NCBI GenBank assembly: GCA_951406725.2
Contig: OX597825.1
Coordinates: 80,414,001-80,478,000 of the forward strand
From: Octopus vulgaris
Lineage: Eukaryota
DNA length: 64,000 nt
Direction: 5' to 3'
The notes beneath the pieces were generated by a model, which was not told where the DNA came from, did no database searches, and worked only from the letters and a program-made list of their open reading frames with translations. Position 1 is the stretch's first letter. The number at the start of each line of letters is the position of its first letter. Positions 39,133-50,769 of the stretch are shown one piece after another. The position numbers were made by a program, and so were the translations under genes.

Positions 39133-40663
39133 GATATGCAATTAGAACAGTTCGCTTGTGATATAAAGGGTTATAGGGTATCCTTGATTATCGAGGTCTA
39201 CATTCAAAGTGAACTTTTAATAGTCTTATATTTTTTTTATGTATGTCATATTTCGTTGTTTTTTTTTCTCTTTTCAGTCCCCTAACGAGCAGCGGTTTTC
39301 GTTCATTAAAAAATAAATGATTGCTTATTATTTATTTTGATTTTGTTATTTCTTTTTCTGTTAATTGGTTTTTAAGGTGAATAATTCAATGTTTTGTGGC
39401 GGCAGTTTATCAAAGATAAGAAGTTAAGTCGACCCGCAGCGAAATTCGAACACAGTGAAACAAGTACGGCATCGAGCTAATTAGCGCCTTAGAAACCCAT
39501 TAACGAAGCTAAAATGCTTAATTGAAAGATAAGGACAAAATAATCACCTAAATACAAAAATTAGCTCTTCGGGAACTCAACGACGAATGCATATATATAT
39601 ATGCAATACAAAAATATAGACAAATGCATGTGTAGGGGCAATATTAAAGGACCAATTTGAACTTAAAAGCGTAAAAGCAAGGCCATCCATTATATTTACA
39701 TGCTTACAAAATCTAGTCCAGTGTTGCAAACTCTAAAATTTTATTGCCTAGAAAGGCAATAAAATTACCAACGCATTTTTATGGCTAGTTTCGTTCGCCT
39801 GAAATTAAGCAGCCAAAATATAAGCTTGATAAATCTATATATTATTATTTCTGTTATCGAAATGTGACGTAGGGAAACGTACAGGACGAAATAAAGCACC
39901 AGGTTTTTATTGATGAGAAACATAAACTGTCTGGTATTAATTATTTAAGCCTACGGTTCGTTAACACACACGTAACAAACCTTTTTTTTTTTAATTTAAG
40001 AATGCAATTGTATCGTATGTTGGGAAAGAAAGAAGAGAAAAGAAAAACCAGTTTGTGATGTGGGAAATTTAATAATTAGCAAATACCAACAGGTAGAAAG
40101 GACGTAGAAGAGATAGTTATAGTGTTTAATATAATTTCATCGTTGATACAAACATACAAGAGAAGATATATTATATTGAACAGAATTGATAATCTCTGGA
40201 TTAATTTTTATATCTTTCGGAATATAATTTAAAAAATTATAACGATCTTATTTAAGATGTTTAAGAAACATGTCTTTACATCGGATTCTAGTTTTATTGA
40301 CGTCTGACTACGCCTTAGCAGTGGTTGCTGATTTTTATATTAAAAAAAAACAAGGTTAAGAAGATTTAATAAATCCGTAGAGAGAGAAGTATGAGTGCAC
40401 TTGCTATATTTCTTCTTAGGCTAAAGTGTGTGTGTGTGTGTGTATGGAGGGGCACTGTTATTTTAAAATACTGGAATTCGTCTGGGTTCTCCCTCAAGCT
40501 GTACATGTTTATTCGATTTTACTAATTGATTTTTGTTGTTGTCAATGCAGACAATCAATGGTTTTTAAAGTATGAGATTTAAGTACAAGATATGGAAACG
40601 AAAAGTGCGATGTTATATATATAAATAATATTGATTGCCACTGAGGACTGTTGAGATAACGGA

Positions 40664-40767
40664 ATATTCTGAAGTTTGTACTCAAACCAGTCGATAAAAT
40701 ATCTGCCTTTATATATATATATAGGTAGATATTTTATCGACTCGTTTGAGTACAAACTTCAGAATAT
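40664..40767. repeat. ~45-bp-arm palindrome with (TA)n loop
   Basis: atattctgaagtttgtactcaaaccagtcgataaaatatctgcct ... aggtagatattttatcgactcgtttgagtacaaacttcagaatat. Confidence 0.92.
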
Positions 40768-42479
40768 ATATATATATACTGGACTGATTTAAATTAGTTA
40801 TGCTTCTGTCCTATAAAGGAGAATGCGCCTTGTATCTAATCGAAGTAAATCAATTGAGAAGCCTTTAAGTGGTCGTAGTGGCTGCTAAAAACAGGAGCCA
40901 CAATTTGCTTAAATGACACCCAACAACGGTCTTATATATATAATTACATCAAAAATATCAAATCCTCTTAAAGGGATGTTACCATCCGATTTCTCCGGTT
41001 ATATCCAGGGCTTCAGTGAAAAACCAAAGATATTAGTTTCACATAGATGGATTTTTTAAAGATGTAAATGTTAGACAAGAATGCACGAAAGACGAGATAG
41101 ATTGGTCACGATGGAAGCACTTGTAGACGTTGTGCTGTTGATCAAGGTCGGCCTGTGGCTAAACACTAACAAATCAATATTGTTTGTTATAACTAAGGTT
41201 TGCTTAATGTTGTTCTAAGGAAGATCTAGTTTCATTTGGTGGCTGTTTTAATTAAACCAAACACATAAGCCATAGTTTACAGTTATATATAAATAATGTA
41301 TTGGAATTAACGACTTAAAGAGAAGGCAAGCAATAAACACTTGTAAGGGGGTGGGGAAGATCCAGAATCGATGGCGCATCGAACAAATTGCAATGCGGTA
41401 TTTCTTCCGGCTCCTCTTTCCGTTCTGCGTTCGAACCCCGCCGTGCTCAATTTTGCCCTTCCTTCTTTCGGACCTGATAAAATGAAGTACCAGCAAAATA
41501 CTGAAGGCGATGGTATTCACTTATTCCGTCCTCTCCAAATTCCTGTGCTTAAACCAGAAGCTATTATCATCATCATCATATGCTAAGGGGCACTTATTTC
41601 GGTTTTTAAAGTTTTGAGTCCAAATTCCACTGCAATCAACTTCACCTTTCATCCTTACGACACCGATATGATGAAGTACTATCGAAATTCCTTGTTAATA
41701 TACTATGCACTGCCTTACTTTCTTTGACATTTTACCTTTTGAGTTCGAATCCCGCCCGGGCTAACTCTGCTTTTCATTTCTTGTCAGGTCCCTTAAAATT
41801 ATTATATTCTAATCCTAAATTAGAAACTACTTTTACGCTAACCCTGGATTAAAACACACACACAGAGGTTAAGTTACTCATCTGATTAATAACATTTTTC
41901 ATAACGTAATTAATAATTTAATTTTGCGACTATTAGACTATATGAACTAGGAAACATTTTTTAAAATTAATTATCTCTAGATATGCTTAACTGTTTCACG
42001 TTTGTTTAGGTTTCAACACAGAAACTTAAGTACTACAATTATTATTAAACAAAACTGTAAAGAAATTTCGTTTGGTGAGGATAAACAAAAAACGAAACAA
42101 AAAGGGTAGAGTTTATGAGAGATAATTATTATTAATATTGCAGTAAATAATCGCTGGATCAGAATTATGTTGTGTTAGTAAGAAATTTGGTAAGAAGGCG
42201 TAAAAATATTGCAGTAAATTTTAAATTAAATATTATTACCTCCGACTACAAGTAGTTTGGTACGGAAATTATTTAATGCATTGAATTTATAAATCACAAA
42301 TAATTGTGTACGACTTAATACATGCATACACACACATATATATAGTATGTAGTATATATATATATATACATATATATATATAGCATAGACATAGCATGCT
42401 TCACTAATTTTCTTCGTGTGTGTATACCACGTTTCACTAATTTTCTGACGACAAGCGAAACTTCGCTAATTTTCTTACA

Positions 42480-42612
42480 TATACACGTATATATACATAT
42501 ATATAAGCCTTTATATATACATATATATAAGCCTTTATATATACATATATACATATATATAAGCCTTTATATATACATATATATAAGCCTTTATATATAT
42601 ATATATATAAGC

Positions 42613-42647
<35 letters not shown>

Positions 42648-43048
42648 CCTTTATATATACATATATATAAGCATATATATATACATATATATAAAAGCAT
42701 GTACATATATATATATAAAAGCATGTACATATATATATATAAAAGCATGTACATATATATATATATAAGCATGTACATATATATATATATAAGCATGTAT
42801 ATATATATATATATAAGCATGTATATATATATATATATATAAGCATGTATATATATATACCTATATAAGCATGTATACATATATATATAAGCATGTATAT
42901 ATATATATATATATAAGCATGTATATATACATATATAAGCATGTATATATACATATATAAGTATGTATATATACATATATAAGTATGTATATATACATAT
43001 ATAAGTATGTATATATATATATAAGTATGTATATATATATATGCATAA
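42480..43048. repeat. TA-rich minisatellite with block-wise variant cores
   Basis: Cores aagccttt, aaaagcatgtac, aagcatgtat, aagtatgtat occur in successive blocks. Confidence 0.92.
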
Positions 43049-44651
43049 ACATATACGCATGCACATATATTCACATGAAAGATAGTAAGAGGACCAACGA
43101 AATACCCGCCCTTACGGCAACTACATCACACTACATGACTTACCTTTAATGAAGCGAAGTATTTGCCACGTACATAAGCGTTGATTCAAAGTGAATTATA
43201 TATACACACAAACATATATTTATATTCATACTTCGCATATATATTATATTATCATAGCTCCGTCTGTTGTATAATAAATAGCCGCCAGTAATTAAGGCTC
43301 CACGGACTTATTGGTGGTGTTGTGTATGGTAGAACAGAGAGAAGGAAAGAGAGAGAGATAAACGAGGGAAGGGAAATTAACTGTGAATAAATGGCTTTAA
43401 TTATTTTCAAGTGAAAAACTTTTGATGTATAAATAAAATATATATATATATAATAGGTGAGAGGAATGAAACATCAGAAATTTAAAAGATATCGGACTTC
43501 ATTGATGGCAATTAATACAAATATTTCGTCCGATATTCACAGAAAACACAAAGTGGAAGGGAAAATGTCGAGATCTTTTAATGTAAAAATGCCTTGTCAA
43601 TGTTTTGGTTTTCGAGAATTTTGAGTGTAGTTAAAGTTAGATTTTATTTCTATGAATGGTTTATGTAATTATGTTTCTTCTGTATAAATCGGATGTGGGT
43701 TTATATTTTGGTTTTCTTTCTGTGTGATCTTGTCCTGTTATATTACAGAAAATGATTTTAAATGATTGGGATGAGAAGAAAGAACTCGCAGTTTAAGATT
43801 CTTGTGAAGTTGTTTTGACATTCCTTGATGGTAGATCGACGGATGATTGTTTCTTTTTAGGTCCAGGGAAATGTTTATGAACGTGAAGATGATAAGAGAA
43901 GATGTGTTTCTGGTAACAAACCTCACAAACAAACAAACATGAGACAAACAAGAAGACTTAGAATTATGAAAGTAGAATCTGCCCACTATATAGATATATA
44001 TATATACACACAGTATTATATACGAATGTATGTGTTATACACTTTTTTTTTCTCCCTCTCGAAGATTTTATTAATGAGGCGGGTATAACAGATTAATTAG
44101 TTTTCAAAAACAACCCTCCCCACTTCATATGTTAACAATCTTTAATAAAACAACGTCAACAACAATAATATAAAGATCTGTGAAAAAAATGTAGAATGTT
44201 AAACTATTTCCGTCAATGCATCACTATTTAAGATATAAAAATGTATTAAACATTTAACAGAGATCCGATGTGTTTCAGCAACAGTTTAAACGTTAGATGT
44301 GTCTGGATGTGATTCTGTACCGATTTCCCCCATTCATTCTTTCTTTCGTTAAAAGAAATATTCTTTTTTTTTCTCCCTTTTGTTGTCTGTAAAGACGAAT
44401 GTATGTAAAGCAAATTAATGAAGATAAACTAGAGTTCACCTAAGCAAGAAGATAACTAAAGTAACATGGTGTGAGATTAATTGGGAGAAAGGTTAACGAT
44501 GAATGCATCTTAGGTGTGTGTCGGGGGAAACAAACAATTAATGTAATTAACATTGATAATAAAATATCACATCTTTCTTTCGCACACAACAACAACAACA
44601 ATAATAATAATAGTAGTAGTAATAATAATAATAATAAAAGTAATAAAAATA

Positions 44652-44978
44652 TCAGAATGTGTCGGTAGCAGTGTTTGTGTTAGATCCGTTGCTTGAAGTA
44701 AGGGGGTCCCCGGAGTCATCGCTTAACGCCGGGTCGCCGCTCTCGGATCGAAACCGCGACGAATCGTTTATTCTTTTAAGGAAAGCTTCCAACAGTTGTT
44801 TGTTAAGATGGTCTGTTTGGCACATTTCTTCCTGTTGTTGATCTTGTGGTTCTGACAGTAATATTTGGTTGTTGGGTGGCGGTCCACACACTTCGATTCG
44901 TGGTGGTGGTAATGTGGTCGGGTTAGAAGACGGTTCCATCGCTGCGTTTCTCCTCTTCTCGTTGTTAGGAGCAGCCAT
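44652..44978 (-). CDS. Small uncharacterised protein, 108 aa, apparently single coding exon
   Basis: Strong start context aagATGG; non-repetitive, GC/CpG-rich ORF against AT-rich flanks. Amphipathic motif QTDHLNKQLLEAFLKRIN within disordered sequence. Confidence 0.7.
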   Translation of the reverse strand: MAAPNNEKRRNAAMEPSSNPTTLPPPRIEVCGPPPNNQILLSEPQDQQQEEMCQTDHLNKQLLEAFLKRINDSSRFRSESGDPALSDDSGDPLTSSNGSNTNTATDTF

Positions 44979-45099
44979 CTTGCGAGAAAGGAGCACCTGC
45001 AATGCTTATCGCGCTCTTTGCCTGCTGCTCTCAGATCTAAAATAGAGTTCAATTCTCGGGAAAGGCTTTCTAGTGCATTTCATATTACTTGAGTAACTA

Positions 45100-45550
45100 G
45101 AAATAGAAACTAATTTCTCTCTGCTGACGTTAACAAAGAGAGGGAAAGAGAGAGAGTAAGAGACTATTAAAATATATATACATCGAGTCCAATCTACTTC
45201 GACTGCCTCTCTTTCTCTCTCGCTCTCTCTCTCTCTCTCCTTTATTTAATTGATTTCAATGACGACAGCCAGTAAACAGTTGCCTTCCTTGTTAAAGCTT
45301 TCTTGTAAAAACAACGAACACAAGACGTAATGCTGATGGATAATTAAAACTTTTGACAAATAGTGGGGATCCACCTGAAATGAATGCTTTTCACGCAACT
45401 GAATTACAAGACATATGCATACAATAACATTACATACAGTAGCATACACATACAGGAACATATATACACTAACATACACACCGTAGCATATACATACATG
45501 ACGTCAAAGACCAGCTTGTGCGCGCGCGTGCGAGCGAGCGAGCGCGCCTC
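45100..45550 (-). promoter_or_regulatory. Candidate promoter of the small ORF
   Basis: Perfect CRE TGACGTCA at 45499-45506, half CRE tgacgt at ~45125, gcgcgcgcgtgcg run at ~45520-45547, GA tracts. Confidence 0.45.
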
Positions 45551-47121
45551 TACATATTTCATATTAAAAAAATAAAAAATAAAGACGTGATCTGTTAAAT
45601 AGTTTTATCAGCTTAAGCCACATTAAAACAGCTTTTATTTTCTGTTTTGTTTTATTTATATTTTATTTGTTCGCTACGCTTCCCTCTTTCTCCCGTTTAA
45701 TTTTGATCTATTTTAAAGTGTATAGTCGTTTCTTTGATTTTGAAACGTCGTTAACCCTATCATCACGTACATACAGATGGAAAACCAAAATCCAGTTGTT
45801 AAGTCCCCCCCCCACCTCTTTGATAACCCTGCGCCTCTACGCTATTAATTAGCAGACATCGTAAATATTCCTGAAACCCATTGCACGTTTGTCCTCTCTC
45901 TTTCCTTCCATCATTACTCGACCTCGCTTCAAACCATCATTGCTCACAGATTTATGTTCCAGGTTGACAGCTTACGGTAGTAATTATAAATTGGGTTTTT
46001 AACCTAAAATCTTTAGATTCTTAAATCAAAGTAAACCCCCATAATAATACATTGTCTGTAAGGAACTTCTTGGGAGACATAGTTCCTTCACATACAATCT
46101 ATAGGACGAATTAGCTTGACGGACCCCCTTCTCTCACTTCAGATGAAAACCATGAACATGTTTAAAATCAGGTTGCAAACTTAGAAAATACTTACCCACT
46201 GAGTGCAAGAAAGCTTGTGTTGTTAGGAGAATCACTTTGTAATTATAGGGCTCTGGGTTCAATCTCACTGCTTGGCACCTTGAACAAGAGTTTTGACCAT
46301 AACCTTGAGTTGATTCATACCTAGTGAGTGAAAATTGTGTGCGAAGCCCTTTGGACTGTAGTGGTTTAGGGGTGGCAAACCCAATATGTTGCTAGGTTTA
46401 ACACATCTACCTAGCTGCTGGGTATCTCTTTCAGAATCCACTCTGTTGCAGACATTCAATGAAGGTTTCTGGTTTGAGGATAACTGAGTTGTTGCAAATG
46501 GCATGGATCTTGTTCTTCTTCCTCCAAACAAGCCATTGGAACAATTTACAAAGCAAATGCTACCTGCTGCTGCTTATGGCAGTGAACAGGTACTGACTTC
46601 CAAATGGCTATTCAGAGCTGTTTGAAAGCCCCTGTTTGCTGACTTAATCAATAGAATTACACAAAAGGCTGAAAATTGAAAAAGAATTATCTTGAATCTA
46701 GAAACAACAATTGGTCAATGATACAACTGCAAAAAGAACTGGAATGAAACAGATCAATATATAAGATCAATAAGTTATATAAGCAATTGAGAAGAATGCT
46801 TATTGGGATAATGGTGATGATGGATTGTATATATTTGGACCTTTTGTTTCTTACTTACCAATTGAAAAAATAAACCTCTTCTAATCCGGTTGGTGAAGTA
46901 ATGTTATAATAATCACATGACACTGGATGTAGCTTAAAACAGGACAGAAAAGTCAGAAAAGAAATAGAACAAGTCTTAATTTATAATATCAACCAAGATA
47001 AAATTTACATAAAAGTGTGTATAACGATCTAAATAAGTCACTAAAATGATTACGTTACAGAAACAAAACGTGTTATGAATAAATAAGTATTTTTGTGTTT
47101 TGCAAATTCATTTGAATAATG

Positions 47122-47377
47122 TGCCGGTGGCATGTGTAAAAAGATTCGAGCGAGGTCATTGCCAGTATCGCCTGACTGGCCCCTCCCGTGCCGGTGGCAT
47201 GTAAAAAGCACCCACTAAACTCTCGGAGTGGTTGGTGTTAGGAAAGGCATCCAGATGTACAAACTCTGCCAGATCAAGATTGGGGTCTGGTGCAGCCATC
47301 TGGTTTGCTAGACCTCAGTCAAAATCGTCCAACCCATGCCAGCATGGAAAGCGGGCATTAAACGATGATGATGATGA
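47122..47377 (+). mobile_element. RTE 3' tail
   Basis: Family tail ending ttaaac(gat)n. Confidence 0.85.
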
Positions 47378-48208
47378 ATGTGCGGTACAAATGTGTGCGC
47401 GCACACACACGCACACATACACACACATACACACACACGCACACATACACGCACATACACACACACTTACACACATTTCCTTGGTCTTTTGTTCTTTTAC
47501 GTGTTGTTTCAGTAATTGGGTGCTGGGGCATCTCAAATGGTTGAGTCAAAGAAATCATCTCTCGTACTTATTCTATTGGTCTCTTTTGGACAAACCCTTA
47601 AGTTATGTGCCCATAAACCAAGCGACATTAGTTCTTAAATGGTGGGGGCCAAACACAAATATCTGCACACACACATATCTATATGCGTATACATGCATGT
47701 GTGTGTGTTTGTGTTTATACACACCTATAATTAATTTTGGCCGAAGATCATAGACAGAATTTATTTGTAATTAAGTTAGTGTTAACATAATTAATGCAAA
47801 GTCTATTAAAAATCCAATTAGAAATAACATCAAACAACATTCATTGATAATAAATAATATTAATAAAAAATATTTTCCCAATCAAATTGGGAGACAACTC
47901 CAGGCATATTTCAGTTATATTCTGATCTCATCAGGTAAAGAACAGACTTCACTATGCTTACTGAAACAGTGATGAGACAATATCAGTACACTTAATTCTA
48001 CATTAGTTGACAGAGGACACTGAGATAGGAGATGATGTGGTCCCATAACCAGTGGCCCCTGCTGATAGGGGAGAAAGGGGAGCAACTGCACCGCTTGACT
48101 ACATTTTTCAAAATTGGTGCCTTTTCAGCAGTTTTTTTAACCCTTTAGTTTACTTGTGCAATAAAAGTTAAATCACTTTTTTGTTTTGCTGAATGTGAAT
48201 GTATATTT

Positions 48209-48360
48209 TGGCTCTGTGGTAAGTAGTTTGCTTACCAACCACATGGTTCCGGGTTCATTCCCACTGCGTGGCACCTTGGGCAAGTGTCTTCTACTATGGC
48301 CTCGGGCCGACCAAAGCCTTGTGAGTGGATTTGGTAGACGGAAACTGAAAGAAGCCCGTC

Positions 48361-48404
<44 letters not shown>

Positions 48405-48483
48405 ATATGTTTGTGTGTCTGTGTTTGTCCTCTCAACATCGTTTGACAACCGATGCTGGTGTGTTTACGTCCCCGTAACTTAG
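48209..48483 (+). mobile_element. SINE family A 5' part, fused to an RTE fragment
   Basis: Ends at ccccgtaacttag, where RTE sequence begins. Confidence 0.85.
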
Positions 48484-49760
48484 AAGTAGTTGATAGCTTC
48501 CAATACCTAGGTGACCAAGTCTGTAGTGGGGGTGGAGGCTCAGAGAGTGTTACCACTAGAATAAGAAAACCCTGGGCAAAGTTCAGAAAGCTCCTACCTC
48601 TGCTGGTGACAAAGGGCCTCTCACTCAGAGTGAAAGGTAGATTGTATGATGCATGTGTGTGAACTGCCACGCTTCACAGCAGTGAAACATGGGCCATGAC
48701 TACTGAAGACATGCATAGGCTCAAGAGAAATGAAGCTAGTATGATCTACTGGATGTGTAATGTCAGTATGCACACACGACAGAGTGTAGGTGCTCTGAGA
48801 GAAATGTTGGACATAAGAAGCATCAAATGTGACGTGCGAGAGAGACGATTGTACTGGTATGGTCATGTGCTACGGATGGATGAGGAGAGATGTGTGAAGA
48901 CGTGCCACTCCCTAACAGTGGAAGCAACCTGTGGAAGAGGTAGACCCAGGAAGACATGGCATGGGGTGGTGAAGCATGACCTTCAAATGTTGAGCCTCAC
49001 AGAGGCAATGACGAAAGACTGAGACCTCTGGAGATATGGTGTGATTGAGAAGACCTGGCAAGGAAGGTGAGATCACAGCCATAGCCCACACTAGTGTCAC
49101 GTAACCAGCCCATTTAAAAAGTACCTTTGAATCATTGGGTGACACTCAGTGCTTGAGGAGACCCATTGTGTCAAGTAAATCAAAATCACAATCAAATGGA
49201 AATTGTAGTTGTGGGTGATACCAGTGCTGGTGGCACGCAATACGCACCATTAACGTGTGGGTCACTGCCAGAGCTGCCTGACTGGCTCCCTGTGCTGGTA
49301 GCACATAAAAAGCATCCGCTACGCTCTCGGAGTGGTTGGCGTTAGGAAGGGCATCGAGCTGTAGAAACATTGCCAGATCAGACTGGAGCCTGATGTGGCC
49401 TCCTGGCTTGCCAGTCTCCAGTCAAACCTATTTCTTTACTACCCACAAGGAGCTAAACACAGGGGCTAAACACAGAGGGGACAAACAAGGACAGACAAAC
49501 GGATTAAGTCGATTATATCAACCCCAGTGCGTAACTGGTACTTATTTAATCGACTCCGAAAGGATGAAAGGCAAAGTCGACCTCGGCAGAATTTGAACTC
49601 AGAATGTAACGGCAGATGAAATATAGCTACGCATTTCGCCCGACGTGCTAACGTTTCTGCCAGCTCGCCGCCTTTCTCCAGTCAAACTGTCCAACCCATG
49701 CCAGCATGGAAAACGGACATTAAACAATGGTGATGATGATGATGATGATGATGATGATGG
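48481..49760 (+). mobile_element. 5'-truncated RTE LINE
   Basis: LEVVDSFQYLGDQV...KGRLYDACV..ETW...ERRLYWYGHVLRM...GRGRPRKTW, then 3' UTR and (GAT)n tail. Confidence 0.93.
49428..49674 (-). mobile_element. Full SINE B nested in the RTE tail, 13-bp TSD
   Basis: tctccagtcaaac at 49415-49427 and 49675-49687. Confidence 0.92.
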
Positions 49761-50238
49761 CAGTAGAGTGTAATTTGAGTGAGATTTAGATGATCTTTTC
49801 AGAAAGTCAAAATGACCGAGTAGAGGGTCCTTCAGTGTGTTTCACAATAATATAATAGTGAAACAATAAACATTGGGCTGAACAACGTAAGACTTCTATA
49901 AAACAGAAAAATTCCAAAGGTGTGCAACTGGGACTAAATCATAAAATTAACCTTGTGAAAAAAGTGGTTTTTTTCTTTAGTGAAACAGAAGGAGCAAATG
50001 TCAATATATGCTACAATTCCACACAATGCCATAACAGACAATAACCGAATATAATAGAATAGAATCGAATAGAACACAATACAATAATAATTTAATACAA
50101 TATGATACACTGAAATGATATGCGTGCATTTTCTCAGACAGTCAAAGCTTTACAAATTCCATTGAAAACTAAAGTCAATAAAATGTTTAAATGTTTTATT
50201 TTGTTGAGAAATATAAAGTAAATAAAAATGGAATTAAA

Positions 50239-50415
50239 GCAGAGGCGTGGCTGTGTGGTGAGAAGCTTGCTTCCCAACCACATGGTTCTAGGTTCAGTTC
50301 CATTGCATGGCACTTTGGGTACTTTGGGTAAGTATCTTCTACTATAACCTCAGGCTGGCCAAAGCCTTGTGAGTAGATTTGGCAGATAGAAACTGAAAGA
50401 AGCATGTTGTACGTG
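50239..50415 (+). mobile_element. SINE family A 5' part
   Basis: ggcgtggctgtgtggtgagaag...gaaactgaaagaagc. Confidence 0.8.
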
Positions 50416-50578
50416 TATATATATATCATCATCATCATCATCATCGTTTAACGTCCGCTTTCCATGCTAGCATGGGTTGGACGATTTGACTGAGGGCTGG
50501 CAAATCGTCCAACTCATGCTAGCATGGAAAGTGGACATTAAACGATGATGATGATGATGATGATATATATATATATAT
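50416..50578. repeat. Palindrome of two RTE tails
   Basis: Arms meet around spacer 50489-50500; (TA)n(CAT)n at both ends. Confidence 0.93.
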
Positions 50579-50735
50579 TGGTGTGTGTGTGCGTGTATAT
50601 AATCATAATCATGTGTGTATATGTGTGCATGTTTTTGAGTCTGTGTTGCCCCTCACCACTTTTTGGCAACTAGAGTTGGTGTATTTATATCCCTGTTTGG
50701 CAAAAGAGACTGACAGAATAAGTACCACCACCACC

Positions 50736-50749
<14 letters not shown>

Positions 50750-50769
<20 letters not shown>

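Noticed and set aside
38419-39161. Many overlapping 100-180 aa ORFs (also 32251-32611, 42315-43074, 53883-54456, 61062-61736)
   Set aside because: YI/CV/HT/YLSI repeats arising from microsatellites.
42446-42470. ctgacga-caagc-gaaac hammerhead-like word
   Set aside because: No stem II or stem I pairing.
42480-43048. CRISPR-like regular repeats (also the 60-bp units at 26515-26825)
   Set aside because: Eukaryotic context, no unique spacers, no cas genes.
46265-46640. Coding-like segment (GRRTRSMPFA on minus; MDLVLLPPN on plus)
   Set aside because: Stops in the candidate frames and motifs too short to assign; possibly an old transposon.
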